The notes under the pieces: generated by a model
What the model was told of the DNA's origin: nothing
The model's database searches: none
Seen by the model: the letters and a program-made list of their open reading frames with translations, nothing else
In this document: positions 1 through 10,156 of the stretch, in pieces
Layout: the number at the start of each line of letters is the position of its first letter
How positions within the stretch are numbered: position 1 is the first letter of the stretch
Made by a program: the position numbers and the translations under genes
Assembly (NCBI GenBank): GCA_049860595.1
Contig: CP187551.1
Reading direction: 5' to 3' (one strand)
Source: Methanocaldococcus sp. 16A
Lineage (GTDB): Archaea; AGJL01; Methanococci; Methanococcales; Methanocaldococcaceae
DNA: 24,000 nt

Positions 1-270
1 GAAGATTTAGCTAATAAAAAAGGAGAGAAGGTTTTGAATGTAGAAAATCCTATTTCATCATGCATAACAACAAAAAAAGACCCATTAGATGTTGCTGGTA
101 AGCTTTACAATTTAAGAGTTACTGGACCGAGAGGTGTGAGAAAGAATGACAAATTTGGGACCTGTTATTTAAAAGAGTATCCTTATGATTATATAGTTGT
201 AAATTCAGCTATTGGAGTTAAAAAAGAGGACATCTACAAAGTTATTGAGAAATTAGATGAAGTTTTATAA
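1..270 (+). CDS. Hypothetical protein, probably the 3' end of a gene entering from the left edge; alternatively a 78-aa protein starting at TTG 34
   Basis: Frame 1 is open from base 1 (EDLANKKGEKVLNVEN...) to TAA at 268-270. A GGAGAG Shine-Dalgarno-like motif at 21-27 precedes TTG at 34, so an internal start is possible. No family recognised. Confidence 0.45.
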   Translation, partial: EDLANKKGEKVLNVENPISSCITTKKDPLDVAGKLYNLRVTGPRGVRKNDKFGTCYLKEYPYDYIVVNSAIGVKKEDIYKVIEKLDEVL

Positions 271-423
271 ACTGTAGGAGGTCGTGCTGTATCGTGGTCA
301 TCTTCATTGAGCAAAAGCTCTCTCCCACGACTCGCCCTGACCTCCTTTACTGTTCCCCCAACTTCGAACCCGCTATCATCGCAACCTCTATGGATATGCT
401 CCATGTGGGTCGGTTCGTTGGGG
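271..423 (-). ncRNA. Candidate two-hairpin archaeal H/ACA box pseudouridylation guide sRNA
   Basis: This is the only strongly GC-rich non-coding block in the window. Read on the minus strand, hairpin 1 has lower stem CCCCAAC (423-417) / GUUGGGG (362-356) followed by GA-ACA (ACA at 353-351). Hairpin 2 has lower stem AGGAGGUC (346-339) / GACCUCCU (283-276) followed directly by ACA (275-273), and upper stem GUCGUGG/CCACGAU. Unpaired pocket strands lie between the stems. GAUGA/UGA-GA (K-turn/K-loop-like) motifs sit in the apical parts. The 3' pocket-to-ACA distance is about 14-15 nt in both hairpins. A TATA box lies about 27 nt upstream of position 423. Confidence 0.55.
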
Positions 424-445
424 ATAAATATATATCTTTAAGCAG

Positions 446-455
446 TTATATAAAA
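446..455. promoter_or_regulatory. TATA box (TTATATAAAA / TTTTATATAA), possibly serving both divergent units
   Basis: This is a near-palindromic match to the archaeal TATA consensus. It is centred about 27 nt upstream of the sRNA 5' end (423, minus strand) and about 35 nt upstream of the ppaC GTG (487, plus strand). Confidence 0.4.
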
Positions 456-486
456 TTTAGCTAAACAAGATTATGAAGGTGAGAGA

Positions 487-1410
487 GTGAGATACGTAGT
501 AGGGCACAAAAATCCAGATACTGACAGTATAGCATCAGCTATTGTTTTAGCTTACTTCTTAGATTGTTATCCTGCAAGATTGGGAGATATAAATCCAGAA
601 ACAGAGTTTGTTTTAAGAAAATTTGGAGTTATGGAGCCAGAGTTAATAACATCAGCTAAGGGCAAAGAAATAATTTTAGTTGACCACTCAGAAAAGAGCC
701 AAAGCTTTGATGATTTAGAAGAAGGGAAGTTAATAGCTGTTATAGACCACCACAAAGTTGGTTTAACAACAGCTGAGCCAATTTTATACTATGCTAAGCC
801 AGTTGGTTCAACAGCAACAGTTATAGCAGAACTCTACTTCAAAGATGCCATTGAGTTAATTGGTGGGAAAAAGAAAAAATTAGGAGCAGATTTAGCTGGT
901 TTATTATTGAGTGCAATAATATCAGATACAGTTTTGTTTAAATCACCAACGACAACAGAATTAGATAAAGAGATGGCTAAGAAGTTAGCTGAGATTGCTG
1001 GAATAAGCAATATAGAAGAGTTTGGTATGGAAATTTTAAAGGCTAAGTCAGTTGTTGGTAAATTGAAACCAGAAGAAATTATTAATATGGACTTCAAAAA
1101 CTTTGATTTCAATGGAAAGAAGGTTGGAATTGGGCAGGTAGAGGTTATAGATGTCAGTGAGGTTGAGAGTAAAAAAGAAGATATATATAAATTATTAGAG
1201 GAGAAGTTGAAAAATGAGGGCTATGATTTGATTGTCTTTTTGATAACTGATATTATGAAAGAAGGTAGTGAGGCATTGGTTGTTGGTAATAAGGAGATGT
1301 TTGAGAAAGCATTTAATGTTAAAGTTGAAGGAAACAGTGTATTCTTAGAAGGAGTAATGTCAAGAAAGAAACAGGTTGTTCCTCCATTAGAAAAGGCATA
1401 CAACGAGTAA
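487..1410 (+). CDS. ppaC: Manganese-dependent inorganic pyrophosphatase, family II (DHH/DHHA2)
   Basis: N-terminal VVGHKNPDTDSIASA, then DHH (VIDHHK) and a DHHA2-type C-terminal half. GTG start preceded by AAGGTGAG at 476-483. 307 aa, typical for the family. Confidence 0.93.
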   Translation: MRYVVGHKNPDTDSIASAIVLAYFLDCYPARLGDINPETEFVLRKFGVMEPELITSAKGKEIILVDHSEKSQSFDDLEEGKLIAVIDHHKVGLTTAEPILYYAKPVGSTATVIAELYFKDAIELIGGKKKKLGADLAGLLLSAIISDTVLFKSPTTTELDKEMAKKLAEIAGISNIEEFGMEILKAKSVVGKLKPEEIINMDFKNFDFNGKKVGIGQVEVIDVSEVESKKEDIYKLLEEKLKNEGYDLIVFLITDIMKEGSEALVVGNKEMFEKAFNVKVEGNSVFLEGVMSRKKQVVPPLEKAYNE

Positions 1411-1467
1411 AATTATATTATAAATTTTAATTTTATTTTAATTTTTTGTTTTAATTAGTAAAAAGGG

Positions 1468-1713
1468 ATGTATATGCATTACTCTATAATAAAACCAATA
1501 TGCAAAAAAGAAGTTATTGAGATAGATAAAGGTTCATTAAAGACAAAAAGAAAGTTTGCATTTTTGCTTGAAGTTGGAGATAAAATATTAAAAAATAAAG
1601 AATTTTGGGCTAATGAAGATGTTGAGATTGTAGTAGATTACTCTTTTACAAATTCTAAAAGACCTAAGGAGAAGATAGAGATTTATACAATAGAAAATAT
1701 AGAGAGGGAATAA
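1468..1713 (+). CDS. Hypothetical small protein (81 aa)
   Basis: The ORF is tightly coupled to the next gene (TAA at 1711-1713, ATG at 1715). K/E-rich soluble sequence. No family recognised. Start could be ATG 1468 or 1474. Confidence 0.45.
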   Translation: MYMHYSIIKPICKKEVIEIDKGSLKTKRKFAFLLEVGDKILKNKEFWANEDVEIVVDYSFTNSKRPKEKIEIYTIENIERE

Positions 1714-1714
1714 T

Positions 1715-1990
1715 ATGGATTTAGAAGGAAAATGTTGTTTAATTCATGCTATTGGTGGAATTATTTTTGGTTATTTTGCTAATTATGTATATACATCAGG
1801 TTTAGGAATGTTTAGCGGAATTACCACTTTAATATTTTTATTTATTGGAGCTGTAATTTTTGGACACATTTCTGCTAAAGTATTTGGAGAAGAGAGTTTA
1901 ACTCAAAAACAGTGGCTTGGCTGTGGAGTATTACCATTTTTTTTAGTAGGTATTGTAGTCTGGATATTGAAGTTTAACGGGCTAATTTAA
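1715..1990 (+). CDS. Hypothetical small membrane protein (91 aa, about 3 TM segments)
   Basis: Three hydrophobic stretches (IHAIGGIIFGYFANYVY, ITTLIFLFIGAVIFGHI, VLPFFLVGIVVWIL). Coupled to the upstream ORF. Confidence 0.55.
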   Translation: MDLEGKCCLIHAIGGIIFGYFANYVYTSGLGMFSGITTLIFLFIGAVIFGHISAKVFGEESLTQKQWLGCGVLPFFLVGIVVWILKFNGLI

Positions 1991-1991
1991 A

Positions 1992-2086
1992 ATAGGACTT
2001 TCGCAGGGATGAATATTTTTATTGAAGAAGGACACCTTTAAGGTGTCTTAATTCCAAAATTAATATATAAATTGCGAAAGTCCTAT
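1992..2086. repeat. Palindromic MITE/MJRE-like repetitive element, copy 1 (~95 bp)
   Basis: Terminal inverted repeats ATAGGACTTTCGCA ... TGCGAAAGTCCTAT and a central palindrome GACACCTTTAAGGTGTC. About 80% identical over its full length, in the same orientation, to 12213-12306. Intergenic. Confidence 0.8.
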
Positions 2087-2101
2087 TTAATAGGACTTTT
2101 A
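2085..2101. repeat. Extra solo repeat end (ATTTAATAGGACTTTTA), inverted partner of 7519-7535
   Basis: Perfect 17-nt reverse-complement match to 7519-7535. It contains the TAGGACTTT terminal motif of the palindromic element. Confidence 0.6.
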
Positions 2102-2165
2102 AAGAAGAAATATTTTTATTGGGAATAAGATTTCTATTAAAAGTAAAAATTATATGGTGGAAATT

Positions 2166-3446
2166 ATGGTTTTAAAAATGGATAAGTCAAAAGAATTATT
2201 TGAAGAGGCAAAAAAATACTTAGTTGGAGGAGTTAATAGTCCAGTTAGATACTTTAAGCCATATCCATTTTTTGTTGAGAGAGCTAAAGATTGTTATTTA
2301 TTTGACGTTGATGGAAACTGCTACATAGATTACTGTTTAGCGTATGGTCCTATGGTTTTAGGTCATGCAAATGAAAAGATTATTGAAGCTGTTAAAGAGC
2401 AACTTGAATTAGGTAGTGCTTATGGATGTCCTACAGAGAAAGAGATTATTTTAGCTAAGGAAGTTATTAAGAGGGTTCCATGCGCGGAGATGGTGAGATT
2501 TGTCAATTCTGGAACAGAGGCAACAATGTCAGCAATAAGATTGGCAAGAGGAGTTACTGGAAGAAAAAAGATTATAAAATTTGATGGAGCTTATCATGGA
2601 GCTCATGATTATGTTTTAGTTAAGAGTGGTAGTGGAGCTTTAACTCATGGACATCCAAACTCTCCAGGAATTCCAGAAGAAACAACAAAAAATACTATTT
2701 TAATTCCATTTAATGATGAAGATGCAGTAAAAAAAGCAATAAATGAAAATAAAGATGAGATTGCCTGTATTATAGTTGAGCCAGTAATGGGGAATGTTGG
2801 ATGTATCTTACCAAAAGAAGGTTATTTAGAATTTTTGAGAGAAATAACTGAGGAAAATGACATTTTATTAATATTTGATGAAGTTATAACTGGGTTTAGA
2901 TTAGCAAAAGGAGGAGCTCAGGAATATTTTGGAGTAGTTCCTGATATAGCTACTTTGGGTAAAATATTGGGTGGAGGGTTTCCAATTGGTGCTATTGTTG
3001 GGAAAAAAGAGATTATGGAGCAGTTCTCTCCATTAGGTCCAATATATCAAGCAGGAACATTCAACGGAAATCCAATATCAATAACTGCTGGAATTGCTAC
3101 ACTTGAGCAATTGGATGATAAATTTTATAGAGAAACATCAAGAACGGCTAAGATATTGGCAGACACTTTAAGAGAGTTAGCTGATAAATACAATATTAAG
3201 GCAAAGGTTTATAACATTGCTTCAATGTTCCAAATATACTTCAATGAAAATGAGGTTTTAAATTATGAAATAGCTAAGCAGAGTGATGTTGAGAGATTTA
3301 TGAAATACTTCTGGGGATTATTGGAGAGAGGCGTTTTTGTTCCTCCTTCACAATTTGAATGTTGCTTTACATCAATAAAACATAATGATGAAGTTGTAGA
3401 TAAGACAATAAAGGCTATGGAAGATGTTTTTAAGGGATTAGAGTAA
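2166..3446 (+). CDS. hemL: Glutamate-1-semialdehyde 2,1-aminomutase
   Basis: Class III aminotransferase signatures: [31 protein letters not shown], and the PLP-lysine context [10 protein letters not shown]. The ORF opens at 2154. GGTGG at 2156-2160 favours ATG 2166, and ATG 2178 is also possible. Confidence 0.93.
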   Translation: MVLKMDKSKELFEEAKKYLVGGVNSPVRYFKPYPFFVERAKDCYLFDVDGNCYIDYCLAYGPMVLGHANEKIIEAVKEQLELGSAYGCPTEKEIILAKEVIKRVPCAEMVRFVNSGTEATMSAIRLARGVTGRKKIIKFDGAYHGAHDYVLVKSGSGALTHGHPNSPGIPEETTKNTILIPFNDEDAVKKAINENKDEIACIIVEPVMGNVGCILPKEGYLEFLREITEENDILLIFDEVITGFRLAKGGAQEYFGVVPDIATLGKILGGGFPIGAIVGKKEIMEQFSPLGPIYQAGTFNGNPISITAGIATLEQLDDKFYRETSRTAKILADTLRELADKYNIKAKVYNIASMFQIYFNENEVLNYEIAKQSDVERFMKYFWGLLERGVFVPPSQFECCFTSIKHNDEVVDKTIKAMEDVFKGLE

Positions 3447-3658
3447 ATCACGACATTCAAAATATTCAAGACATCTAAATTTGAGTACTGACAGTGTGAT
3501 TTAACGATATCGAACATAAAACCAAAAAATAGAAATAGATGAAACTTAAATTAAAGTTTATTACGAATAAAAAGAATTGAAGTGGGCATTTAATGGGTAA
3601 AGCTATGAGAGAAATCCCTGAGGAGGATTATAAGTTGATTGTAGGTGAATAAGAAATA

Positions 3659-6505
3659 TTAATTACCCTCATCAGTATAATAATTAGATTTTATGAAGTT
3701 TTGAATGAATTGTTTTAAATCTTTTAGTTTTTCATTTACTAAGTCTTCTGAAGCATTTATAGCGATTATATAAGCAATTTCTGTCTTATTATCTATATTT
3801 TTTGGTATATCTACTTCTTTACTAAATTCTTTATTTAGAAAATCAGTCCAATCATAATCAGGACATGCATAAATATAATATTCGTCTCGCAATTTTTCAG
3901 CAATTTTATCATAAACAGGTTTTATACATTTCTCCACAATTTCATCTCTATTTTTAATTGTGTTTGGTAGTTTAAGACTTTCTTTAATTTTATTAATGTA
4001 TTCATCATTTAACCAATCTGGTGAATAGAGTTCCTTAAGATTTTTAAGTATTATTGGCATACTTATTTTGTTCTTATCTTTACTACTATTTTCGTTCGTA
4101 TAAAAATTAAATGCCGTGTCTCCATCACAAACAATACAATATGGAATGTTTAAAGAATCCATTAGTTTCATATATTTTTTAAATCCATTCTTGCCGCCGA
4201 CATTTATAATTTCTATGTTATATTTTTCGAGTGGATTGTTGTATTTTTCATCTTCAAATTTAAATTTTCTTATTAATATTGGAAGAGTTATCAACTCTGA
4301 AATTCCTTCTACCAATATTACACCATTTGCAAAAAGTGAGGGAATTAATCTATCATTTTCTTCAAACATTTTTTTCATCATGTTTATATTTGTGCTTGTG
4401 GTGATGTATGAAATATCATCATTTTTTTTAATTTTAGGAATTTTTGAATATATTTCTTCTAAAATCTCATTAAGATTAATTTTGTAGATTCCATTACAAA
4501 AATTATCAATATATTCCTGACATTTTTTTATTAAGTCATCATATTTTCCATCTTTATTAGATACCTTCTTTAAATAACCTATCTTACCATTTAATTCATT
4601 GAATTTTATAAACTGTTTTTCTAAAAATTCAAGTTCATTTAAATCTAATTCGTCTAAATTAATGTTTATTTTTCTACCTAAACGACTTTCAAAGTTTGAT
4701 AAATCCTTTTCTAATTTTTGCTTAATATCCTCTTTAATAAATTCAAAGAATACTCTATATATATTTACTAACTTTGTAGCTCCATTTTCTTTATCTTTAT
4801 AAAATCTAAAAGTATGTTTTAATAATTCAGAATCTACAAAATAGGGTGAGTGGGTTATTATTATAATTTGGTTACCCCCATTTTCATTTAAATTTAACTT
4901 TTTAAAATCTTCCAATAATCTTTTCTGATAAATTGGATGTAAATGTAGTGCTGGCTCATCTAATAAAATAACTTTATTTTTATTTCCAACGACTACAGCC
5001 AAAATATTTAAAACTTCAAAAATACCTGAACCTACTCTATCAATAGGTAGTTGCTTAGAATCTTTTGATTGAATATCATATGTAATAAAAATTTCTGGAT
5101 AGCCATTATGATTAACTACATCGAAATCTATGTTTTCAGTAGCAAAAATTTCTTGAAAATATTTTCTAATATCTTTATATTTGTTTCTAATATCTAATTC
5201 ATGGGAATTTTTTAAATAAAACAAATATTTTGCCAAATCTTTTCCATTCCCATAATAGGCATTAAATCCATACCCATAAGTAGGTATTTTTCGTATAGCC
5301 TCTGTTACTTTACTTAACTTATCTACAGATACCTTAATATCTGATGTTGGAGGAATCCACAACTTTAATCCTTTTATTAATGATTTAACATCTTCAGAAA
5401 GGTCTTTAGGATATCCCCTAACTTCTTCAAATTTTATAATTGCTTTATCAAAGAGTTTTAGTATAAAATAATGAAATAATAACGAATTAGGAAATTTAAA
5501 TTCTATATTTAGATATTCAAAGATTCTTTTTATTTTCTCATATATCTCACTGTCTAACGGATTTTCATTTACATAATTTGTAATTTTCTCATAATTTATG
5601 TAACTATTCTGTCCTAAGTAAAATAAGCCCAATGCTAATAATAATGCATATAGTAATCTAAAATGCTTTATTGTTTGATATTTTTCTTCTAAAAATCTGT
5701 ATCCATTATCACTATCAATAAATTCACGCAAATAATCACATAAAATATCTTTATTTTGACCATTATTGAAATCGGAAATAAACAATATATTGTTGGTTTT
5801 ATCCACAATATAATACAAATTATAACTCATTACTACGTTTAAAAACTTATTTAAACTCTTAAAATATTTTCCATCATTATTTTCAAATTCTTTATACTTC
5901 TGAGGATTAGGTTTCTTAGATAATATCTCATTAAATGTTTTTTTATTAACTAAAAATTCATACCATTTCATATCATCCTCAATATCAGATAGTGATAGTC
6001 CCCACTTAGATAACTCATTTTTTAATTCTTTAGATATTTCAATTAACTTATTAATAGAAACTTTGTAATATGGATGTATTATACCTGTAGGATTTCCGTG
6101 ATATTCCCAAATTATCTGCCCTTTTGAGAATACATCTATTAATTCATCAAAAACATTAAAATTTAATTTATTGCAGATTTCTAAGAATGTTTCTATGGAA
6201 TTAGAACCTGTAGATTTAAAAAATCCTTCAAAATAATCTTTTAGTAAATTTTTCTCCAAATCATCAAATTCAATATCTACAACAATTTTAGCAAATCTAT
6301 TACTATCATTATGTAAATAATTTGGGACATCTTCGGCTTTTATTCTATTATTTATCACATCCTTTAAAAACTCAAGAACTCTAAATAGATTTGATTTTCC
6401 AGCATTATTTGGACCTACTATAACAGCAATATTGCCCTCATTAAATTCAATCTTAAATTCATCATAAGAAAATAAGTTATTAACTTCAATAGCCTTAATC
6501 TTCAT
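3659..6505 (-). CDS. OLD-family nuclease: ABC/SMC-like ATPase fused to a C-terminal Toprim domain, unusually long at 948 aa
   Basis: Walker A GPNNAGKS (nt 6392-6415), signature-like RVGSGIFE, Walker B/D-loop VILLDEPALHLHP (around nt 4934-4972), H-motif IIIITHSPYF. Toprim motifs VILVEGISE (nt 4295-4318), INVGGKNGF and CIVCDGD (around nt 4118-4126). GGTGA Shine-Dalgarno 6 nt upstream of ATG 6505. Confidence 0.85.
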   Translation of the reverse strand: MKIKAIEVNNLFSYDEFKIEFNEGNIAVIVGPNNAGKSNLFRVLEFLKDVINNRIKAEDVPNYLHNDSNRFAKIVVDIEFDDLEKNLLKDYFEGFFKSTGSNSIETFLEICNKLNFNVFDELIDVFSKGQIIWEYHGNPTGIIHPYYKVSINKLIEISKELKNELSKWGLSLSDIEDDMKWYEFLVNKKTFNEILSKKPNPQKYKEFENNDGKYFKSLNKFLNVVMSYNLYYIVDKTNNILFISDFNNGQNKDILCDYLREFIDSDNGYRFLEEKYQTIKHFRLLYALLLALGLFYLGQNSYINYEKITNYVNENPLDSEIYEKIKRIFEYLNIEFKFPNSLLFHYFILKLFDKAIIKFEEVRGYPKDLSEDVKSLIKGLKLWIPPTSDIKVSVDKLSKVTEAIRKIPTYGYGFNAYYGNGKDLAKYLFYLKNSHELDIRNKYKDIRKYFQEIFATENIDFDVVNHNGYPEIFITYDIQSKDSKQLPIDRVGSGIFEVLNILAVVVGNKNKVILLDEPALHLHPIYQKRLLEDFKKLNLNENGGNQIIIITHSPYFVDSELLKHTFRFYKDKENGATKLVNIYRVFFEFIKEDIKQKLEKDLSNFESRLGRKININLDELDLNELEFLEKQFIKFNELNGKIGYLKKVSNKDGKYDDLIKKCQEYIDNFCNGIYKINLNEILEEIYSKIPKIKKNDDISYITTSTNINMMKKMFEENDRLIPSLFANGVILVEGISELITLPILIRKFKFEDEKYNNPLEKYNIEIINVGGKNGFKKYMKLMDSLNIPYCIVCDGDTAFNFYTNENSSKDKNKISMPIILKNLKELYSPDWLNDEYINKIKESLKLPNTIKNRDEIVEKCIKPVYDKIAEKLRDEYYIYACPDYDWTDFLNKEFSKEVDIPKNIDNKTEIAYIIAINASEDLVNEKLKDLKQFIQNFIKSNYYTDEGN

Positions 6506-6702
6506 AAAAATTCACCATATTTTTTAGGTTATTGCATTTTCCTTAATATTACAATTTTGAACTGTTGATTAATTATATTGCTTTTTAAAAATATTTAAAA
6601 ATAATCCTACACATAACTAAAAAATAAAACAATTATATATTATCTAAACTACCACATTTTCATAATAAGTTATTAACTCTTTAATAAGATGAAGTGATTC
6701 AA

Positions 6703-7488
6703 ATGTTATTAGAAAAGAGCAAAATAGAAATTATAGAGCAATTTATTCATATCTTAGAAATCTTAGACATGTATGCAAAAGAAGGAAGTGATGAGAAGGC
6801 AATTATAAGATTGATGTTAGATTACCTTGAAAAAGGACATGTTTTAGATGAAGATATTATTCCAATAGCAAGTAAAATTTCGGAAATAGCTAAAAAAGTT
6901 GGTAGTTTTGACATGAAAAGAGAGATAAACCTTTTACTATTTGGAGAGAAAGTAAGATTAACAAAATCCCAAAAAAACAAAATAAAAAAGATTATTGAAA
7001 TTTTAGAGTATTTAAAAGGTTATATAGAGAAAAAGCCATACAAATCTTATGAAGACAGGCATATTTTAAATCTAATTGGTTTAAAAATTTTAAGGCTGGA
7101 TGAAGGAATTGTTTTAGATTATAATTCAGAAGTTAGGAGCTTAACCAATATGGCTTTAAGAGTGGGAAGTTATGAATTAAAAAATGAAATTGAGTTATTA
7201 TTAACTGGAAGAAGAAGGAGGAAATTAACAGAAGAATTTATACAAAAGAGAATATCAATTATAGAGATTTTAGAAATGGTTAAAGACTTTATAGACAAAA
7301 AAGAATTTAAATCATCTTTTGACTATGAAGCACTCTTCTTAATAAATTTGAAGATTCATAGAATTGAAGAAGGAATTTTAAAAAATTTTGATGAAGAAGT
7401 AGAATCAATTTTAAGCATAGCAAGAAAAGTAGGAAATCACAAATTGAGGGAGAAAATTGTTTTATTAAAAGAGAGTATAAAGAACTAA
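6703..7488 (+). CDS. Hypothetical protein made of three tandem ~85-aa repeats
   Basis: Internal triplication. The repeat cores are IIEQFIHILEILD...KVGSFDMKREINLLL, then IIEILEYLKGYIE...RVGSYELKNEIELLL, then IIEILEMVKDFID...KVGNHKLREKIVLLK. The ORF opens at GTG 6694. ATG 6703 follows GAAGTGA. Divergent from the OLD-family gene. Confidence 0.7.
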   Translation: MLLEKSKIEIIEQFIHILEILDMYAKEGSDEKAIIRLMLDYLEKGHVLDEDIIPIASKISEIAKKVGSFDMKREINLLLFGEKVRLTKSQKNKIKKIIEILEYLKGYIEKKPYKSYEDRHILNLIGLKILRLDEGIVLDYNSEVRSLTNMALRVGSYELKNEIELLLTGRRRRKLTEEFIQKRISIIEILEMVKDFIDKKEFKSSFDYEALFLINLKIHRIEEGILKNFDEEVESILSIARKVGNHKLREKIVLLKESIKN

Positions 7489-7518
7489 AATAGAATTTTT
7501 ACATTTTATTTATTCCTA

Positions 7519-7534
7519 TAAAAGTCCTATTAAA

Positions 7535-7535
<1 letters not shown>
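7519..7535. repeat. Solo repeat end (TAAAAGTCCTATTAAAT), inverted partner of 2085-2101
   Basis: Perfect 17-nt reverse complement of 2085-2101. It carries the AAAGTCCTA terminal motif of the palindromic elements and abuts the thi4 stop codon. Confidence 0.6.
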
Positions 7536-9361
<1,826 letters not shown>

Positions 9362-9372
<11 letters not shown>

Positions 9373-9787
9373 TTTCTCTCTCCTTTTCAATATATTTCTC
9401 AATAACTTTTGGAGAGACTCTTGTTTGAATACCTAATCTCTCTAAGATTATATTGTTTAAAATAGCTTTAAGTATTTCTTTTCCTTCTTTGGATTCAGTT
9501 ATTTCATTTAATTTTCTTGTAGTTGCAGGGGATTTTAGCTTTTTTAAAACTTCTGCTATCTCTTCTTCTGTAATTCTACCCTTTTTCTTCTGATATATTT
9601 CATCAGCTATTTTATACAACTTATTCATATCAAATGGTAAATATTCAGGGATTTTATTTAAAACTGTCTCATCTATAGATGCCAATAATCTTGCTATCTC
9701 AATATCTTCAATATTTTCATCTATTTTCAATTTTTTTACTACAAACCATTTTTTATGTTTTGCTATAAACTCAATTTTATCCTCCAT
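9362..9787 (-). CDS. Conserved hypothetical protein (141 aa)
   Basis: Clean ORF overlapping the downstream radical-SAM start by 11 nt, which suggests an operon. Helical K/E-rich sequence. No family recognised. Confidence 0.6.
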
Positions 9788-9879
9788 AATCTCACCAAAA
9801 TAGAATTTACTTTAAGTATGGAAAAAGAATAATCTAACAAAATAAAAAAATAAAAATTATAAAAAATATATTTTTTATC

Positions 9880-10107
9880 TTATGCAGTGACTAATCTCTT
9901 CAAAATAGGGTCGGTTACATCTTCTGGGCTTATCTCTTCTATATTTAATATTTTTATTTTTGACCTCTTAACTTTGTATCTTCCACCAAATTCAGAGTAT
10001 AAAATCTCTAAAGCATGCTCTGGCTTTAAAGCTTTGTATTCTTTTCTGAAGAGCATTGGTTCTCCTTTTCTTAATATTTTTCCTGTTATTCTGAATATCT
10101 TAGCCAA
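9880..10107 (-). CDS. rplX: 50S ribosomal protein LX (L18Ae/L20A family)
   Basis: AKIFRITGKIL...FRKEYKALKPEHALEILYSEFGGRYKVKRSKIKI matches the LX family. The likely true start is TTG at 10107, directly after GGAGGTGGT. The track start at 10128 is also TTG but overlaps that Shine-Dalgarno motif. Confidence 0.8.
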   Translation of the reverse strand: MAKIFRITGKILRKGEPMLFRKEYKALKPEHALEILYSEFGGRYKVKRSKIKILNIEEISPEDVTDPILKRLVTA

Positions 10108-10156
10108 ATTACCACCTCCTTTTATCAATCTTTATCATTAAAAGAGTTTAGGTAGT

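Noticed and set aside
567-1403. Minus-strand ORFs 567-755, 834-1112 and 1221-1403 within ppaC
   Set aside because: They are antisense shadows of a well-supported gene, with low-complexity composition.
3263-3517. Minus-strand 84-aa ORF overlapping the hemL 3' end
   Set aside because: It lies mostly antisense to hemL and has no motifs.
3593-3652. 19-aa ORF (MGKAMREIPEEDYKLIVGE) in the hemL / OLD spacer, slightly more GC-rich than its surroundings
   Set aside because: It is too short, has no Shine-Dalgarno motif, and a stop lies immediately upstream in frame. It may be a remnant of a decayed gene, but that cannot be supported from sequence alone.
4116-4802. Plus-strand ORFs 4116-4487 (123 aa) and 4599-4802 (67 aa) inside the OLD-family gene
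   Set aside because: They are antisense to a strongly supported CDS. Their S/F/I/L-rich, low-complexity translations are typical of the mirror frame of K/E/N-rich AT-rich coding DNA. No Shine-Dalgarno motif is present.
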